From Adineta vaga (taxonomy: Eukaryota; Animalia; Rotifera), in NCBI GenBank assembly GCA_021613535.1, contig CP075493.1:13578001-13642000 (forward strand): a stretch of 64,000 nt of DNA. The letters are read 5' to 3'. Made by a program: the position numbers and the translations under genes. The notes beneath the pieces are model-generated. The model had not been told where the DNA came from and searched no databases. It saw only the letters and a list, made by a program, of their open reading frames with translations. Below, piece after piece: positions 41,095 through 54,290 of the stretch (its first letter is position 1; the number at the start of each line of letters is the position of its first letter).

Positions 41095-41556
41095 AATGAA
41101 CTTTGCGTTTAAAACGAAAAGATTCAAGAAGAAAAGAGACTTCTTTTGATTGCATTTTGATTTTGAAAAATAAGAAAGATGAAAATGTTCTTTTTCATTT
41201 TACAGATTCTCGAAGTAAACAAATCTTATCAAAAAGAAAAAACAGTTTTCATATAGATCTCGTCTTATGTTTTCTTCACTTCAAAGACGATAAAAGATTT
41301 GAATTTGAAAGAAACTAGTAGATTGAATCTGTGCTATACTTAATGTGTGGTATTTAAAAAAAATAAAGAATCAGAAATCTGTTTCGAAAGAGAAAATCCT
41401 CTTGTACAGAAAATATAGTTCTCTGTATAGTTGCGAACAGTTGGATAACATTCCGATACAATGCTCACTATCAAGCTCTAATTTGATCTCGAAAACAAAT
41501 GATGAATTATGGAGAGTATCAAGAAAGCAACTGTATCGTTTACAACAAGGCTAAGA

Positions 41557-43006
41557 TTATATTTTTCTTTGAAATATTCGAAGTTCAATATTATCAATTA
41601 AACAGAATCCATTTTTATCAACAGAATAAGAATGAAGATTTAAATAAATGAAACGTGCCAATGCAGGAATTCGATCTTGTGTAGTAAGAATATTCGGTGT
41701 ATCTGTCGTTTTAATAGCTAAAAAGAAATATTCGAAACAAAAACAAATGAATAGATTAAATTCATTGAAAAATATTAACCTGCATGTTGTTGATGTGGAA
41801 TTGGATAATCCGAGAAAAAAGTTAATACTATCGAAATATTCGAATGACTTCCTTGTAAACATCCAATATATGCCGATAAATCATAGAAAGCAAGATCACT
41901 ATCAGTTAATGTTGAGAAAACTTGTAGATCGATCATTTGTACCAAAGATGCTTCAGTTTTAGATTGAGCAATAAAATAACAATTGCTTTTATTTATTGAT
42001 ATATTCATTGGTAAATCAACTTGTATTGCGGTGAGATTTCCATTAATGGTAAACTCTCACTTGATATCCATATGTTCTCACTTTTATTAGATTGACACTA
42101 TATACAGAAAGAAAATTTATTGTATTTTGTTCTCGACAATCAACTACGAATTAAAAACTTGCATGTTGTTGTGCTCGTCCATGAATAATTAGATTCGATG
42201 AATCGATCTTATAAAATGATCCATTTGGTAAACGTGCATTTAAAATAGTGATATTATTATCGATAAGATGTCCAGTTAAATCAATGCGATCATCATCAAA
42301 TGTTGCATAACAATTTATTAAATCTGTATCTGTGAAATCAATTGTTCCTGGTAAATAACCATTACTTATATAATGCATTTCACTTATATTTGATCCAGAA
42401 AAATTATTTCGATGAAAAAGAACATTATGCATTGTACTTTTTGGTGCACAGGTTTTCTTAAAACTTCAATTTGTAATAGCAACATTTGATAATGAAAGGA
42501 AAGGAATAGATGAATTATCAAAATTTGCATTTGTTAAATGACACCATTGAAAAATAAGATGTGTTGCTTTTATATTTGCAAGATATAAATAATTAAGTCG
42601 AAGTGGTACATCTGATCGTAATAAATGGGTTTCATAAAGAAATAAAATAATATGCGATTTTCTTATAGGATCAAGAAGAGATAACGTATCGAGAGTTTTC
42701 GTACGTATTTCAAGTGGACGATGAGAATGATTCGTTTGATTGAAAGTTTTTTTTAAATAAAATATTTGAAATATTGATATAATTTTGATAAATTAATCGA
42801 AGATTTTCTTCATGAATTTGTTCTTGATCTTGTTTTTGAATTAATTGTTGAAAATTATTTTGTTGTAATGTTAATATTATTGTTAAAATTCCAAAAATAA
42901 TTGATGGAAGTGCAATTAATATTAATTTACAAATGTGTATCCATTGAAATTTTTTCTTAATCAATTCTGTTCTCTTATTATCATTCATTTTTACTCTGTA
43001 GTTCAT
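41557..43006 (-). pseudogene. Degraded TM + pentapeptide-repeat-like gene
   Basis: N-terminal TM (IALPSIIFGILTIILTLQQ), then fragments such as LTNANF, NFSGSNI, DFTDTDLI and ILNARLPNGSF across several frames. Confidence 0.5.
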
Positions 43007-43299
43007 TTGAAAAATTAACTTGATTAATTGTTAACAGACGGTATTACATAACATAATAATCCACTCAATAAATATGTCATCGATAAAAATTTCTCTTATG
43101 ACGTTTATTAGTTTAATATTTATGAAATACTTCATTTCCTGTTTATCTAAATCTCATATGGACAGCACATTTTAATAAACTTCTTCAAAACGCACTCTCT
43201 ATCGAGAATGATACATAACCATAATAAATCATCTATCATGAAGTAGAGTTGAGTCAATAGAAAATGTATCGTGCCAATCGTGCTCATCAACATAATCTG

Positions 43300-44480
43300 C
43301 AACGTTGGTCAAATATCAGCAAATTTTCCAGAATGAAATATATGAGTTGTAACTTGTGCAGTCATTTACTTGAGTATGATCACAGTTTGATAAACTGGAG
43401 GAATATTTTTGTTGATATCGCTTGATAGGAGTATGAAATTCTTGTTTGTAAACTTTGGATGGTAGAACGAATATGACAAAAGTGAGTATCGATGGAATAA
43501 AGGAAACGAAATATCCTGCAAGAAATAACCAATAGAATTGATGTGATAATAAAATAATTATACTTTTGAAATTGTTTGATTAAGATTTGCTTCGAAATTC
43601 GATTAGGTTGTATGTTTTGCTCGCAAACGTGTGGTCTTGACAATAATAATCAAAACAGATACGAAAGAGATTCATTGCAGTATCGAGCACTTGAAAAAGT
43701 CGAAGAATAAGTAGCAATACACTAAATTCGTGATTAAACGTTGATGAATGGGATCCATAAGATTATTAGTAGTTGTCAAAATTAGTAGAACAATAACCAC
43801 GGACTTGGATGCTTTTCGGTTTTCCGCACGATTAAAATTAGCGTCTTTGACTGTAATGATCGCTGGTTCGAAATCGACAAAAATTAAGTAATAAGCATCG
43901 ATGAATAACTCAATGGAAATAATATGGAAGATATGCGGCCAGTCGTGTGCCACGAGATTTCCATTGAGGAGGATCTTTTGGAATATTTGATCTTTTCCGG
44001 ATGAATGATTGTCCTTTACTTCGATAGAATGAACTAGCATCGTTTCTGGTAAAACGAGTGTGTTCTGAAAGGCTATAATCATTTTGTTGGAGGGTATTTC
44101 ACAGCGTTTGCCAAAGAAATCTTTCATAAAAATGCACTCAAATTTCTTACTAGTTGCAACATGCTGATTGAAAGGTATGCATTGGCCATTATTTTGAGAG
44201 AACGCATTCGACTGTCATACATAATCATTTAGAAGACATCGAGAGCCCCATTTGTCAATCGGACAGACACATATCGATCGACCATCCTTCGTAACATAGA
44301 TAAAACTGTCTGTTATTGCGATCGTTGAAATATCGTACGTATCGTCCATGTAAGCATTTACCATCGTAACAGCTTTGATAACTATGATCGCCATATGAGA
44401 TGGAAAGTAAGTAGCGTCGCTATAACCGCTGAACCGGTAGGAAATCTTTACTATGCGAATCGTGGAGATCATCAAATCTC
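43300..44480 (-). pseudogene. Degraded EGF-repeat/7TM receptor gene fragment
   Basis: SICVCPIDKWGSRCL, FFGKRCE and NNLMDPIHQRLI pieces in different frames. Confidence 0.5.
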
Positions 44481-45039
44481 CTGAATGGGCTTTTTTTAAT
44501 GAAAAAAGAAACAAACAGAAACAAGTTTTAATTTCAGAAAGTAATGTGTGAATAACTATACAATCGTCGATCGTTTATACTATTTCAATTAAATTAGTTC
44601 AGATAATAGTTAGTGAGAAAAAGAAATCTATTATTCATGTTTTAACACACATGAATATAAAAAGTGCAAATATAATTATTCTTTGAGCAATAAGTTGTCA
44701 GAAAGTTTGATATTGAAAGCTGCATAACAGTCAACATAAATTTAGAAAATTTCTAATTTTTAATCGTTTTGAACTGATCGAGATTTCTATCTTGACATTT
44801 GATATCGTCAAAAAGATACTTTTTGGGATCGACTGATAAACTTAGAATATTCTTCTAATAGACACCTTTTTATTATGCAACAAAAGTAGGCATGAACGTA
44901 TTTTTTTCTTCTTCTTCTTCTTCGTCACACATCAGCTGGAGAGCGTATACAACAATGTTAGCAATGTTGAGTCTTATAATCAAGAGAAAGCACAGAATAG
45001 CAGTTGCATTTCAAAAAAACTTTCTCAAGTAAATTAAAC

Positions 45040-46233
45040 ATGATTTCCGTAGTTGTTTTTTTCTCGTTTTTTTCTCTTGTTCATCCGATTCAAGTTGGTA
45101 AAATCGAGAATTATATTTTGATCGATACAATAAGTTTTTCATTCGTAAATATTACTCAAAATGAATGTTTATGTAAATTAATAGAATCAATATCTAATTT
45201 TACATCGGCTATAAATTATTTTCCAATCCATCAAACCTGCCAATTATTTTATTTAAATCAAACTTCATTGGCAATTGAAATGAATTTAAATTCTTCTTTC
45301 CTATTTATCAATCAATCAATAATATCAATTACAGAAAGTAAATGAATTCTTAATGATATTTTGTATTTTTTTATATTCTGAAAATATTATTGATAGTACT
45401 TCAGTTAATTCTTTCTTTTGAAAACTGTTCATTTATTTTTGATGATATGTTATGTCGCTCAAATATGCGACGAAAAAAAGAACATCATAAGCAAATCATC
45501 TTTCAAAGTTCAGTGATCTTTCTTTTTCTTTCTCACAGCTTTTATACCAAACGATAAGAATATATTTCTAGAAATACATATTGTTTCCTCTCGTAGGATA
45601 AATAATATCGAAAAATATTCACGCCTCTTTAAATAATACGGATAAATATAGAAAAATGACATATAAAAATACAATATGAATTCTGTAATGTTTTTAATAT
45701 GAAAGATCACTCTTGAAAAAGGTGTACATATAGGAAATGAGTTTAGTAATCGATAGTACGAAACTATTTATTCACAAAATCATAGCTTTAGTTTCTTTTC
45801 TCTCTTAGTTGCCACTACTATTTCATCAAGTACCAGCACATCAACTAGTACTTCGTCCAGTTCGACACCATCAAGCACCAGCATATCGAGTATATACAAG
45901 TTGTTTTCTTCATTGCTGATTGCTTTGTTTCATTGTCTTTTAGTATATCAGATAATGAGCAATATACCAGAAAATACTCCAGTAACAATTCAATGTGGTT
46001 CGTCAACACAAAATATCATTATTATAAATGCTTATTATGGTGTTAAAAATTTTACAAGTTGTCCTTGTGCAACAAGTAATTGCACGAAAATGAATGTAAC
46101 TCAAACACTTATTTCATATTGTGCTAACAAGGATATTTCTTCAATCTGTACATTCTCTGTTTCTAATACCCTTTTCGGTGACACTTGTCATATGACTCCA
46201 AAAGCTTTTTGGTTAACATTTTTTTGTGCGTGA
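45040..46233 (+). CDS. Secreted PAN/Apple-like + Ser/Thr linker + SUEL (galactose/rhamnose-binding) lectin; exons 45040-45337, 45809-45889, 45944-46233
   Basis: Signal peptide; ECLC..AINYF...TCQLF module; S/T-rich exon; IQC....IIIINAYYG...C...CTFSVSNTLFGDTC..TPK....FFC matches the SUEL pattern. All junctions are phase 1 and in frame. Confidence 0.75.
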
Positions 46234-46956
46234 CTGTTGAATTTGTATTGCTACAAAGCGACAACTACAAATGTATACTCATATTCTTTTCTATCATGCA
46301 TGTTTCACATAACCAAAATAAAATGACCTTTCCTTCTTATTAATTGATGAAGCATTAGTGGAAATGAGCATATACGAATGGTTTCATATTCACTCAAGAA
46401 TGTATATATGAATATGAAGAGGGTCTTCATCAACACTTGCGTTCTAAATTCAAAAAATATAATTTAAATTCTATATTTATCAAAAGCTAGTTGACATTTT
46501 TGTGTCGTCATACTTCTCTTGATGTATTGTGTGATGGAAATATTTAGGTTATGAAAAAATGCTTTCAAAAAAAGATTGAAACGCTTTTTACGAATTCAAG
46601 TGCTTGGCACAGTGTACTCTCTGATCTAAGTTGTATTGAAAGAATAAATCCTTGATGCTTCATCTACGTAAAGAAAAAAGACCTGCCACCGATCAATTAC
46701 TTTTGTTCAACAATATGCTCAAAGTCGATTCATAATGGAATTATTTACCTTTTCTTTCATTCCTGTGCTAAATCTACATAAGAGTGACTGCTAAATACAA
46801 TCTGCTATCATGTTTTTACAAAACAAAACGGATATAAAACTCTCTGTTTTCTTTACTTATCAACGATCTCACTTCTCCTTTTATTAAAACAATTTTTTTC
46901 TTTTTTTTCATCACTTTCTGTCGATTTTGCATTATCCTAACATTCAACTAACGAAA

Positions 46957-48349
46957 ATGACGAATAACCAGACAAATACTAGCGATGTAATGTGTTTATA
47001 GGAAACAACAAACAAAACATCATTTTTTGTCTCTTTTAGTTTCAGTCAAGTGACAATGATTCATCACAAACAACAATGTATGTCGCATCCTGCCTAATCA
47101 CAATACTCACAAAAAATGATGTTCTATTTTATAGATATGCACAAGTTCGAAGAAGAAAACGAACATGGCTGATAGTTGCTATGGTCGCAGTGATTTTGAT
47201 AATCATAGCATTTACTACTACTCTTACAATCATCTTATTGAAGAGACAAAGGAGTACAGCGACAATAATAGACATAACAGCGGCACCATTATCACAAACA
47301 ACAATGAAAACAATAGAAAGTAAGGCTTTTTAAAGCAAAAACTGGAGCACAAAAGACTTATCCAGCCGATTTTTGTGCTTATTTTCTGACGATTTATCTT
47401 TCTCAATCGTCTGTAGCATCCGACTTAAGCAACAGTTATATTTATTTTAGTTAATGGTAATACTATATGGAAACAGCTAGGAGTTACCATTGCTGGAGGT
47501 AATGGACAAGGAAATGACTCTAATCAACTTTATTTCCCACGAGGCTTCGACATCGATGATAATTTCACAGTTTACATTGCTGAGAGCATGAATGATCGTA
47601 TTACTCGATGGAAACTGAATGCAATCGATGGTGAAATTATTGCAGGTGGAAAAGGACCCGGGGATGGAGAAGATCAATTGAGTTATCCATCAGATGTGCT
47701 TGTTGATAAAACGAGTTCTTCTATCATCATTTGTGATCACGGAAATTGGCGTCTTTTGAGATTGTTTCTGCATGATCCGATAGATCAACCAACAATCCTC
47801 TTGAAAACCAGTTGTTATAGTCTGGCAATGGATAACAATGGATATTTGTACATGTCAGACATTATCAAACAAGCAGTCAAACGATGGAAAGAAGGAGAAG
47901 CAGAAGCACAAATAATTGCTGGTGGGAACCGCATAGGTGATTCTTTTAAGCAGTTTAATTTTCCTTACTATTTCTTTACCGATGAAAAGTATTCCATTTA
48001 TGTATCGGACTCAAATAATCATCGTGTGATGAAGTGGTCAAAAGATGCAACGGAAGGTATTGTTGTTATCGGTGGAGAAGGAAAGGGTAGTAGTTCCTCA
48101 CAACTTGATAGCCCTAAAGGAATGTTCGTTGATCGTTCTGGTAATATCTATGTAGTTGATGGAGGAAATTATCGAATAATGCGCTTTTTGAAAGGATCTC
48201 GTGAAGGCGACGTTGTTGTTGGACACGGATTTGGATCAAGTCAGAATGGTTTCAGCGGTCCAGAAGATATATTATTTGATCGCGAAGGAAATCTTTATGT
48301 TGTTGATAGTTTGAATAGTCGAGTGCAAAAGTTTTTTGTGAATAATTAA
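46957..48349 (+). CDS. Type-II membrane protein with C-terminal NHL propeller; exons 46957-46986, 47040-47077, 47135-47319, 47451-48349
   Basis: Canonical splice sites keep the frame. RRRKR precedes a TM helix, then a Thr-rich stalk and six NHL blades. Confidence 0.8.
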
Positions 48350-48787
48350 AATCGTTATTTATTTTATGAAACTTTTTATGTTTAAAATGATTGAATAAAA
48401 GATGAATGAATCGATGAAAAGATTTGCAATTTTTTTGTTTATGTTCTAACACTTGCGCTTATTGATCTGAAGCTAGTACGACGGCTCATAGCAATACATC
48501 CGTAGTATACTAACAAGAATTCCTTAGTTACCAATAGGAAAGATTTTCAAAGAGAGAATTTGTCTTTTATTCATTAATTGAGTATTATATGTAACTTCCA
48601 GAATGACGTTTTATGATTCTGAATTTTTTTCATCGGTCCTTCTGTGATTAATAGGACTAGAATGAATTATCTAATATAAACTAAACCTTTAAAATATCCT
48701 ATTTTTCTTCGTAGAAATGTTAGACTTTTGAAGAATTATAATTATTCACTGTGAATAAAGTATTTTCTTCGACCAAATCTATCATTC

Positions 48788-49581
48788 ATGCATACACCAA
48801 TCCATTGTATACACCTATATTTTATTCTCATTCTATGTCTTATGCCAGTATCGTTTATTGCACTAAACGTTATAGTTATAAATAAGGTTTTCCCGAATCA
48901 TTTATCACAATCAATGTCTCAAAGTAACTTTTCAAACAAAATGACTTGTTCTGTAACTAGTATACTAACTCCAGCAGATAAATTGCGGGAAATTTTCGCC
49001 AAAGATAATTTACGGTCAGCTTGTTATGAGAACGATTACCTTTCGGTGATGTATTTAGCTGTTTTACATGAACCGATATAACAAAATAAACTTTTATTTG
49101 ACATTGGAGCGAACAAAGGTTATACTATTACTTCATGGTTATCTCTGTGGATGCCAGAAAAGAATGTCAATCCAAGAAGTCTATACAAATATCTGTCTCA
49201 GGTGTTAAAGATTAATGATTGTAGTGCGTGCGCAGATTGTAACAAACCATTACTGAATATTGTACAGACAAATCACAATATTGATACTATACTCGAAATA
49301 TGCATGTGTTCGAACCAATGGAAAGTACTTACCAGATTCTTCATGACGTACGTACTTGGATAAATATCTCTACATTTTATGTTCATGTATTATATATACG
49401 TCGTTTTCAAATAGTGAGCATATTTATAAATATAGATTTGTATTCATTTCTGGACAATTCAAATAGGCGATCGAAAATCATTACCATCGAAGCAAAACTT
49501 TGCTTTTTTTCTAAACGAAAAACTCAACAAGACGAATTAGTTGCAATATCATTTGATCAGTATTTTTCGAATATTTTTTAA
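48788..49581 (+). pseudogene. FkbM-family methyltransferase remnant
   Basis: LLFDIGANKGYT and MHVFEP motifs, an in-frame TAA at 49079 and a frameshift near 49300. Confidence 0.65.
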
Positions 49582-50483
49582 TGTGACAGTCAGGTATTCG
49601 TTTACTGAGCAAAAAAGGTATTGTTCGAGTAAGTTCATCGTACAAATACATTTGTTTATCAATGCATCTATGACATGCAGCATGAAACATATCTCATGTC
49701 TACCATTTATATTGATATAGGCAATTATCTTTCAGATGAAAACGTTTGAAAAAAAAGTAATTTTTCAATAGCATTAATAATGAATATATATATTTTATTT
49801 TTAGATTTGTCATTTCTCAATCAGCTAAACGAGCTGAATTGTTACTAAAAACAATTGTATCAATTTCAGTTATATATAATGACAAAAGCTCATCTCTTAA
49901 ACTTCAATATGGTGATAAATTTTAAAGTGTTCGTTAGGAAATTTTTGAAATATTGTTATTTAGTCACTGAAATCAAAGATAACGATTTAATTTATGTTGC
50001 ACTTGGTCTTGCTCATGTAAATTAACGAATATAGAATGCAAATTCACAAATGATTTGTTTGTTTTCATACTGTTTCTTCTTCAAAATTCTAATTATTGAA
50101 GATGCTGAAAATATCATCCATGATCGAACAAAAGAAACGTTTTTACCTAAACAAGCTATATCGAATTTACTTAATCTTTGCGATGTTCAAAGCATTAATG
50201 CAGCTCTTCTACGTTAAAGACGATTAGTCGTCGAATATAAATTTGATAAATTAATTTCAGAAAATGTTCGTCGATTATGTGTAAATATTGGTATTCATGG
50301 TAATGGCAATGATATTCAAGAACTTCTTAGTTTAACAGAAATGTGTGCGAGACAAACTGCTCAAGAACGAATGTTAACAAATGGTTTTGTCTCAACAACG
50401 AAAAACCGAGAAATATTAAGAAATAAAAACTTACAAGCAGATGCATTACATCATCTTTATTCTTAAGTTCTTCTGTAATTTGT

Positions 50484-51632
50484 TCATTTAGTTCTCACTT
50501 CAAACAAAGCAATAACAGGAAAATGATCAGAAGAATAGTTTCCCGATCGAATATCAATAACAGAAATAAATCGAGGTTCTAAAGATTTCCTTCCATCAAT
50601 GGAATTTTGATATAAAATCCAATCAACATGAAATCGATGAGAAGACCATAGTGATATCATATCTGATATGTTAATCATACGAAAATATGTAGTCAATTTT
50701 TTCATAACGTCAATGTATGATGAATAATTTTTTGGAATTCCATGTGGTAAAACAACACCTAAACCGTGATATGTGTATGCAATTGTTTGTAGAAATTGAA
50801 CAGCATATGTATTAAGAATTGAGCCAAGCCAATCATGAAATGTAGATGAAAATGTATTTGATATACAGGTCAAGGATGAGATTTTACACCTTGTCCAAGT
50901 ATCATAGAGAAACTTAGAAGATGTTAATGTTTTGTAGGTTGTTTGTTGTGGAATACTATTAAAATCTCCTAGTAATAGAACAACATCTGTAGGATATTTA
51001 TTTTGCCATTCATTGATTGTTGAACGAATAATCTTTGCTTGTTCTTGACGTGCTTGTTCACTTTTCGAATCTAAATGAGTATTAAAAACAAGAAGTGTCG
51101 TTGAATTCTTCTCATTATCATCTGACATGTATTGAAAACGTGCAATATTTAATGTTCGTATTGCATTACTATTCCAATCTTTACTTCCGACAATTCTCGG
51201 TGTTTTTGATAACCAAAGATAATCTTGTTCTAATAATTTTAATGTTTGATTATTGTATAAAATAGCTACTTGAAAATCAAGATCAGATGATGCTTGTGGA
51301 TAACCAATAGATTGATAATAATATGGTAAATAAGATTGCCATTGTCGCAATTGATCAGTCAATGGTTCTTGTATACAAAAAATAGTTGGTTGCCATTTTT
51401 CAATTGTTTCAGTTAGACGATAGATTCTCTTTGTAAAATTATTCTCTGGATTACGTTCGAGAATATCTACACGAATATTAAATGTCATAATAGATACGAG
51501 ATTTTGTTTGATTAACAGATATTTTTGTAACATGTTGTTGTCATCTTGTTCCGTATAACGTGGAAATGTAAATAGAAATGCGATAAAAACTGGAATTAAA
51601 ATTGAGAGAAAAATAAGTAATGTACGTTTCAT
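50484..51632 (-). CDS. Endonuclease/exonuclease/phosphatase (EEP) family protein with N-terminal anchor, intronless
   Basis: MTFNIR, IQE, WLSKTP...SKDW, NTHLD, GDFN, DWILY and SDHFPV motifs. Confidence 0.9.
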   Translation of the reverse strand: MKRTLLIFLSILIPVFIAFLFTFPRYTEQDDNNMLQKYLLIKQNLVSIMTFNIRVDILERNPENNFTKRIYRLTETIEKWQPTIFCIQEPLTDQLRQWQSYLPYYYQSIGYPQASSDLDFQVAILYNNQTLKLLEQDYLWLSKTPRIVGSKDWNSNAIRTLNIARFQYMSDDNEKNSTTLLVFNTHLDSKSEQARQEQAKIIRSTINEWQNKYPTDVVLLLGDFNSIPQQTTYKTLTSSKFLYDTWTRCKISSLTCISNTFSSTFHDWLGSILNTYAVQFLQTIAYTYHGLGVVLPHGIPKNYSSYIDVMKKLTTYFRMINISDMISLWSSHRFHVDWILYQNSIDGRKSLEPRFISVIDIRSGNYSSDHFPVIALFEVRTK

Positions 51633-51900
51633 TATAAAGTATCATTGAATCGAATATGAATATGTAGTATAAAAAATCGTGTCATTCCTTCGTGTGCCAT
51701 ATGTCTCAATTCTATTGGTTTCAGATTCACTCACTACCACGTATACTAGAGACCTCTAAAGACAATTTAATCTAACGCTTTTTTTTTGTTCTCCTAGAGA
51801 ATGATATAACATGGATATTACAACTGATAACGTTGTAACACATTGTATACAATGTCGTTTATAGACTCACATGTTACACATTTTTTAGATTATTAAAGTG

Positions 51901-52902
51901 ATGTCGAAAATAGAAAAAAAATCACCATATGATCCAGAGCTTGACCAATTTCTGCAGCAAATGGCACTTGTAGGGCAAACTGCTGATTCTTCGCTGGATT
52001 TTTTGTCCATGATGCGAAAGAATCTGAAGGCATTTCGACTCACTGATGAGCAGTTGCATCGAAATGGAACAATTCATAGTGAAGAGCGTAAAATACCAGG
52101 CCCTGATGGTGCACCTGAAATCTCCATTTTGATATGCCGCTCTACTGCATCAGCAGCAATCGTCTCCAATGAGCTATTACCTTGTATCTATTTTATACAT
52201 GGCGGTGGAATGGTAGCAGGAGATAATCGTTTTGCTCTAGATAGTTTGCTTGATTGGATTGTAGAATTCAATGTTGTTATTGTATCTGTTGAATATCGTC
52301 TTGCACCTGAACATCCGCATCCAGCTCCTACGGACGATTGTTATGCTGGATTACTATGGACTGTTGCACATGCACAAGAACTGGGCATTGATGTATCTCA
52401 ACTTAGTGTAGCAGGTGTTTCTGCAGGAGGTGGTCTTGCAGCTGCTATAACATTGATGGCACGTGATCGTGGCAAACCATCATTACAAGGTCAATTACTT
52501 TTCAGTCCTATGCTTGATGATCGTGATCAAACATGTTCGACTCATCAATTCGAAGCGATGGTTATTTGGGGTAGACAAGCGAATCTGCTTGGTTGGACAG
52601 CATTACTTAGTACTCAACGAGGTAGTCCAGATGTTTCTCCATATGCTGCCCCATCACGTGCACAAGATCTTAGTAATCTACCTCCAACTTTCATTGATGT
52701 TGGTTCTGCAGAAATATTTCGTGATGAAGATGTTGACTATGCTCAACGTATCTGGCAAGCTGGTGGCAGTGCAGAACTTCATGTGTGGTCTGGTGGTTTT
52801 CACGGTTTCGCCCTGGCAGTCCCAGACGCTGCAATATCGAAACAGGCGAATGAAACAAGTAAAACTTGGTACCGTCGACTTTTAGCTGCTCATAAGAAAT
52901 AG
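51901..52902 (+). CDS. Hormone-sensitive-lipase family alpha/beta hydrolase (Aes-like esterase), intronless
   Basis: HGGG oxyanion motif, EYRLAPEHP, GVSAGG nucleophile, EIFRDE and GGFHGF. Confidence 0.92.
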   Translation: MSKIEKKSPYDPELDQFLQQMALVGQTADSSLDFLSMMRKNLKAFRLTDEQLHRNGTIHSEERKIPGPDGAPEISILICRSTASAAIVSNELLPCIYFIHGGGMVAGDNRFALDSLLDWIVEFNVVIVSVEYRLAPEHPHPAPTDDCYAGLLWTVAHAQELGIDVSQLSVAGVSAGGGLAAAITLMARDRGKPSLQGQLLFSPMLDDRDQTCSTHQFEAMVIWGRQANLLGWTALLSTQRGSPDVSPYAAPSRAQDLSNLPPTFIDVGSAEIFRDEDVDYAQRIWQAGGSAELHVWSGGFHGFALAVPDAAISKQANETSKTWYRRLLAAHKK

Positions 52903-53139
52903 TTTTATATGACTGAATGTACTATGAGTTCTACCTATACGTAAACATTTCCAACAACGAACGTGTTTTTTATTACATTTTGAATTCTCTTATTCTTCTA
53001 TGTAACTCGTGATTATATTTTTGATAAATGCTCAGCAGCTTTTCCTTTTTATTCGATGTTTTAATGTTTAAAGTCTTTTTCCTCGTGGGAAATATGATAA
53101 AAATCATATGCAAATGTTCGCACTTATTGTCGTTCGTGT

Positions 53140-53734
53140 ACAGTCAGGAGTCGAAGTTCTTTCAGCTGCACTGGTCATTTATCGTTTTTGTCGTGAACTT
53201 TGAGACGATTTAACTTCAAATTTGATTCTAGAAAAGCGAGCTACGCTTGGTATCGGTGCGTTGTTTATTATTCTCATCCTAGGAACATGGGCAGCATCTA
53301 TTGTTGCTCTTGTAACACATGATGAACCTGATTCTTCGGAACCTTCTCTTATTGTCTCTGCTAGTTCACTCGTATGCATGATATTTGTTTAGTTACCGAA
53401 TTATGGATCGCTGCTGAACTCAATAGTTCTGTTATGCGAGGAGAAGCGGCCTGTTCATTGGCTTGTATCTATCTCACTATCGTTCTTGTTATAAGAAGTT
53501 TAACCTATAAACTACGGCAGAATGTAGGGTGGATCGATAGTGCTATCGCAATTCTTCTCGGCTCTTTCTTTTTCATCGAGGGTGGCAAATGATTTCAATG
53601 GTGGTCGTTGCAAGACTTGTTCTGTACCTTCTACCACTGTTCCTGACAGTATTACCAACCCTATGGCGTCCAATAACTGTAGTGGGACCTGTTGTGAAAC
53701 CGACTCTGAGCATGTGAATGTAAGTGCAATTTAA
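53140..53734 (+). pseudogene. Degraded cation-efflux (CDF/TMEM163-like) membrane protein fragment
   Basis: EKRATLGIGALFIIL, LNSSVMRGEAACSLAC and WIDSAIAILLG segments with frameshifts; Cys-rich tail. Confidence 0.5.
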
Positions 53735-53879
53735 ATAGAAATTGTATTATGACGATCACATTATGAAACTACACGTGTCAAATCCTTTCTTTCTGTTTGT
53801 TTTTATGCATACATATATATCTGTATTCCTTCCTTATTACATTATTTCTTACATGAAAAGACAAGTCGTTGTTCCCTTT

Positions 53880-54290
53880 CAATTTATCAAATGAATCTAT
53901 AACTTGTTTTGAAGATATTTTCAATGAAATTCTCTTTGATATTTTAGATTTCGTCGATTTTTGTCAAAATTTTGAATTGCTTTCCATGATTCGACTTTTT
54001 CGATGAAGATTCATCTTTCATTATAATCCAAATCATTGTATCTCTTAAATCATTTTATTAGTAATCATGCTTTTAAACCACTTTCGATTCTTTCAAAATT
54101 TACTCGACTGACATATTTTATTTTACACGAAGTTAAAACATACTGTCTGATAAATATTCTAAATGATTTACTTAATCTATCTTCATTAACACTAGAAACG
54201 ATTGACAATGTTGCACCGAAAACGACAATTTATCATGAAATCTTTCGTTTATCTTCATTCAAATATTGCAAATTATCATTCATTTAGTAA
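53880..54290 (+). pseudogene. F-box-like/LRR remnant
   Basis: SITCFEDIFNEILFDILDF start and IFRLSSFKYCKLS pieces; broken frames. Confidence 0.35.

Noticed and set aside
8596-41155. Recurrent antisense ORFs over NHL exons (e.g. 8596-8826, 8687-8935, 12874-13182, 23400-23732, 40747-41155)
   Set aside because: They recur only because the sense-strand paralogs are similar, and their lengths and starts are not conserved.
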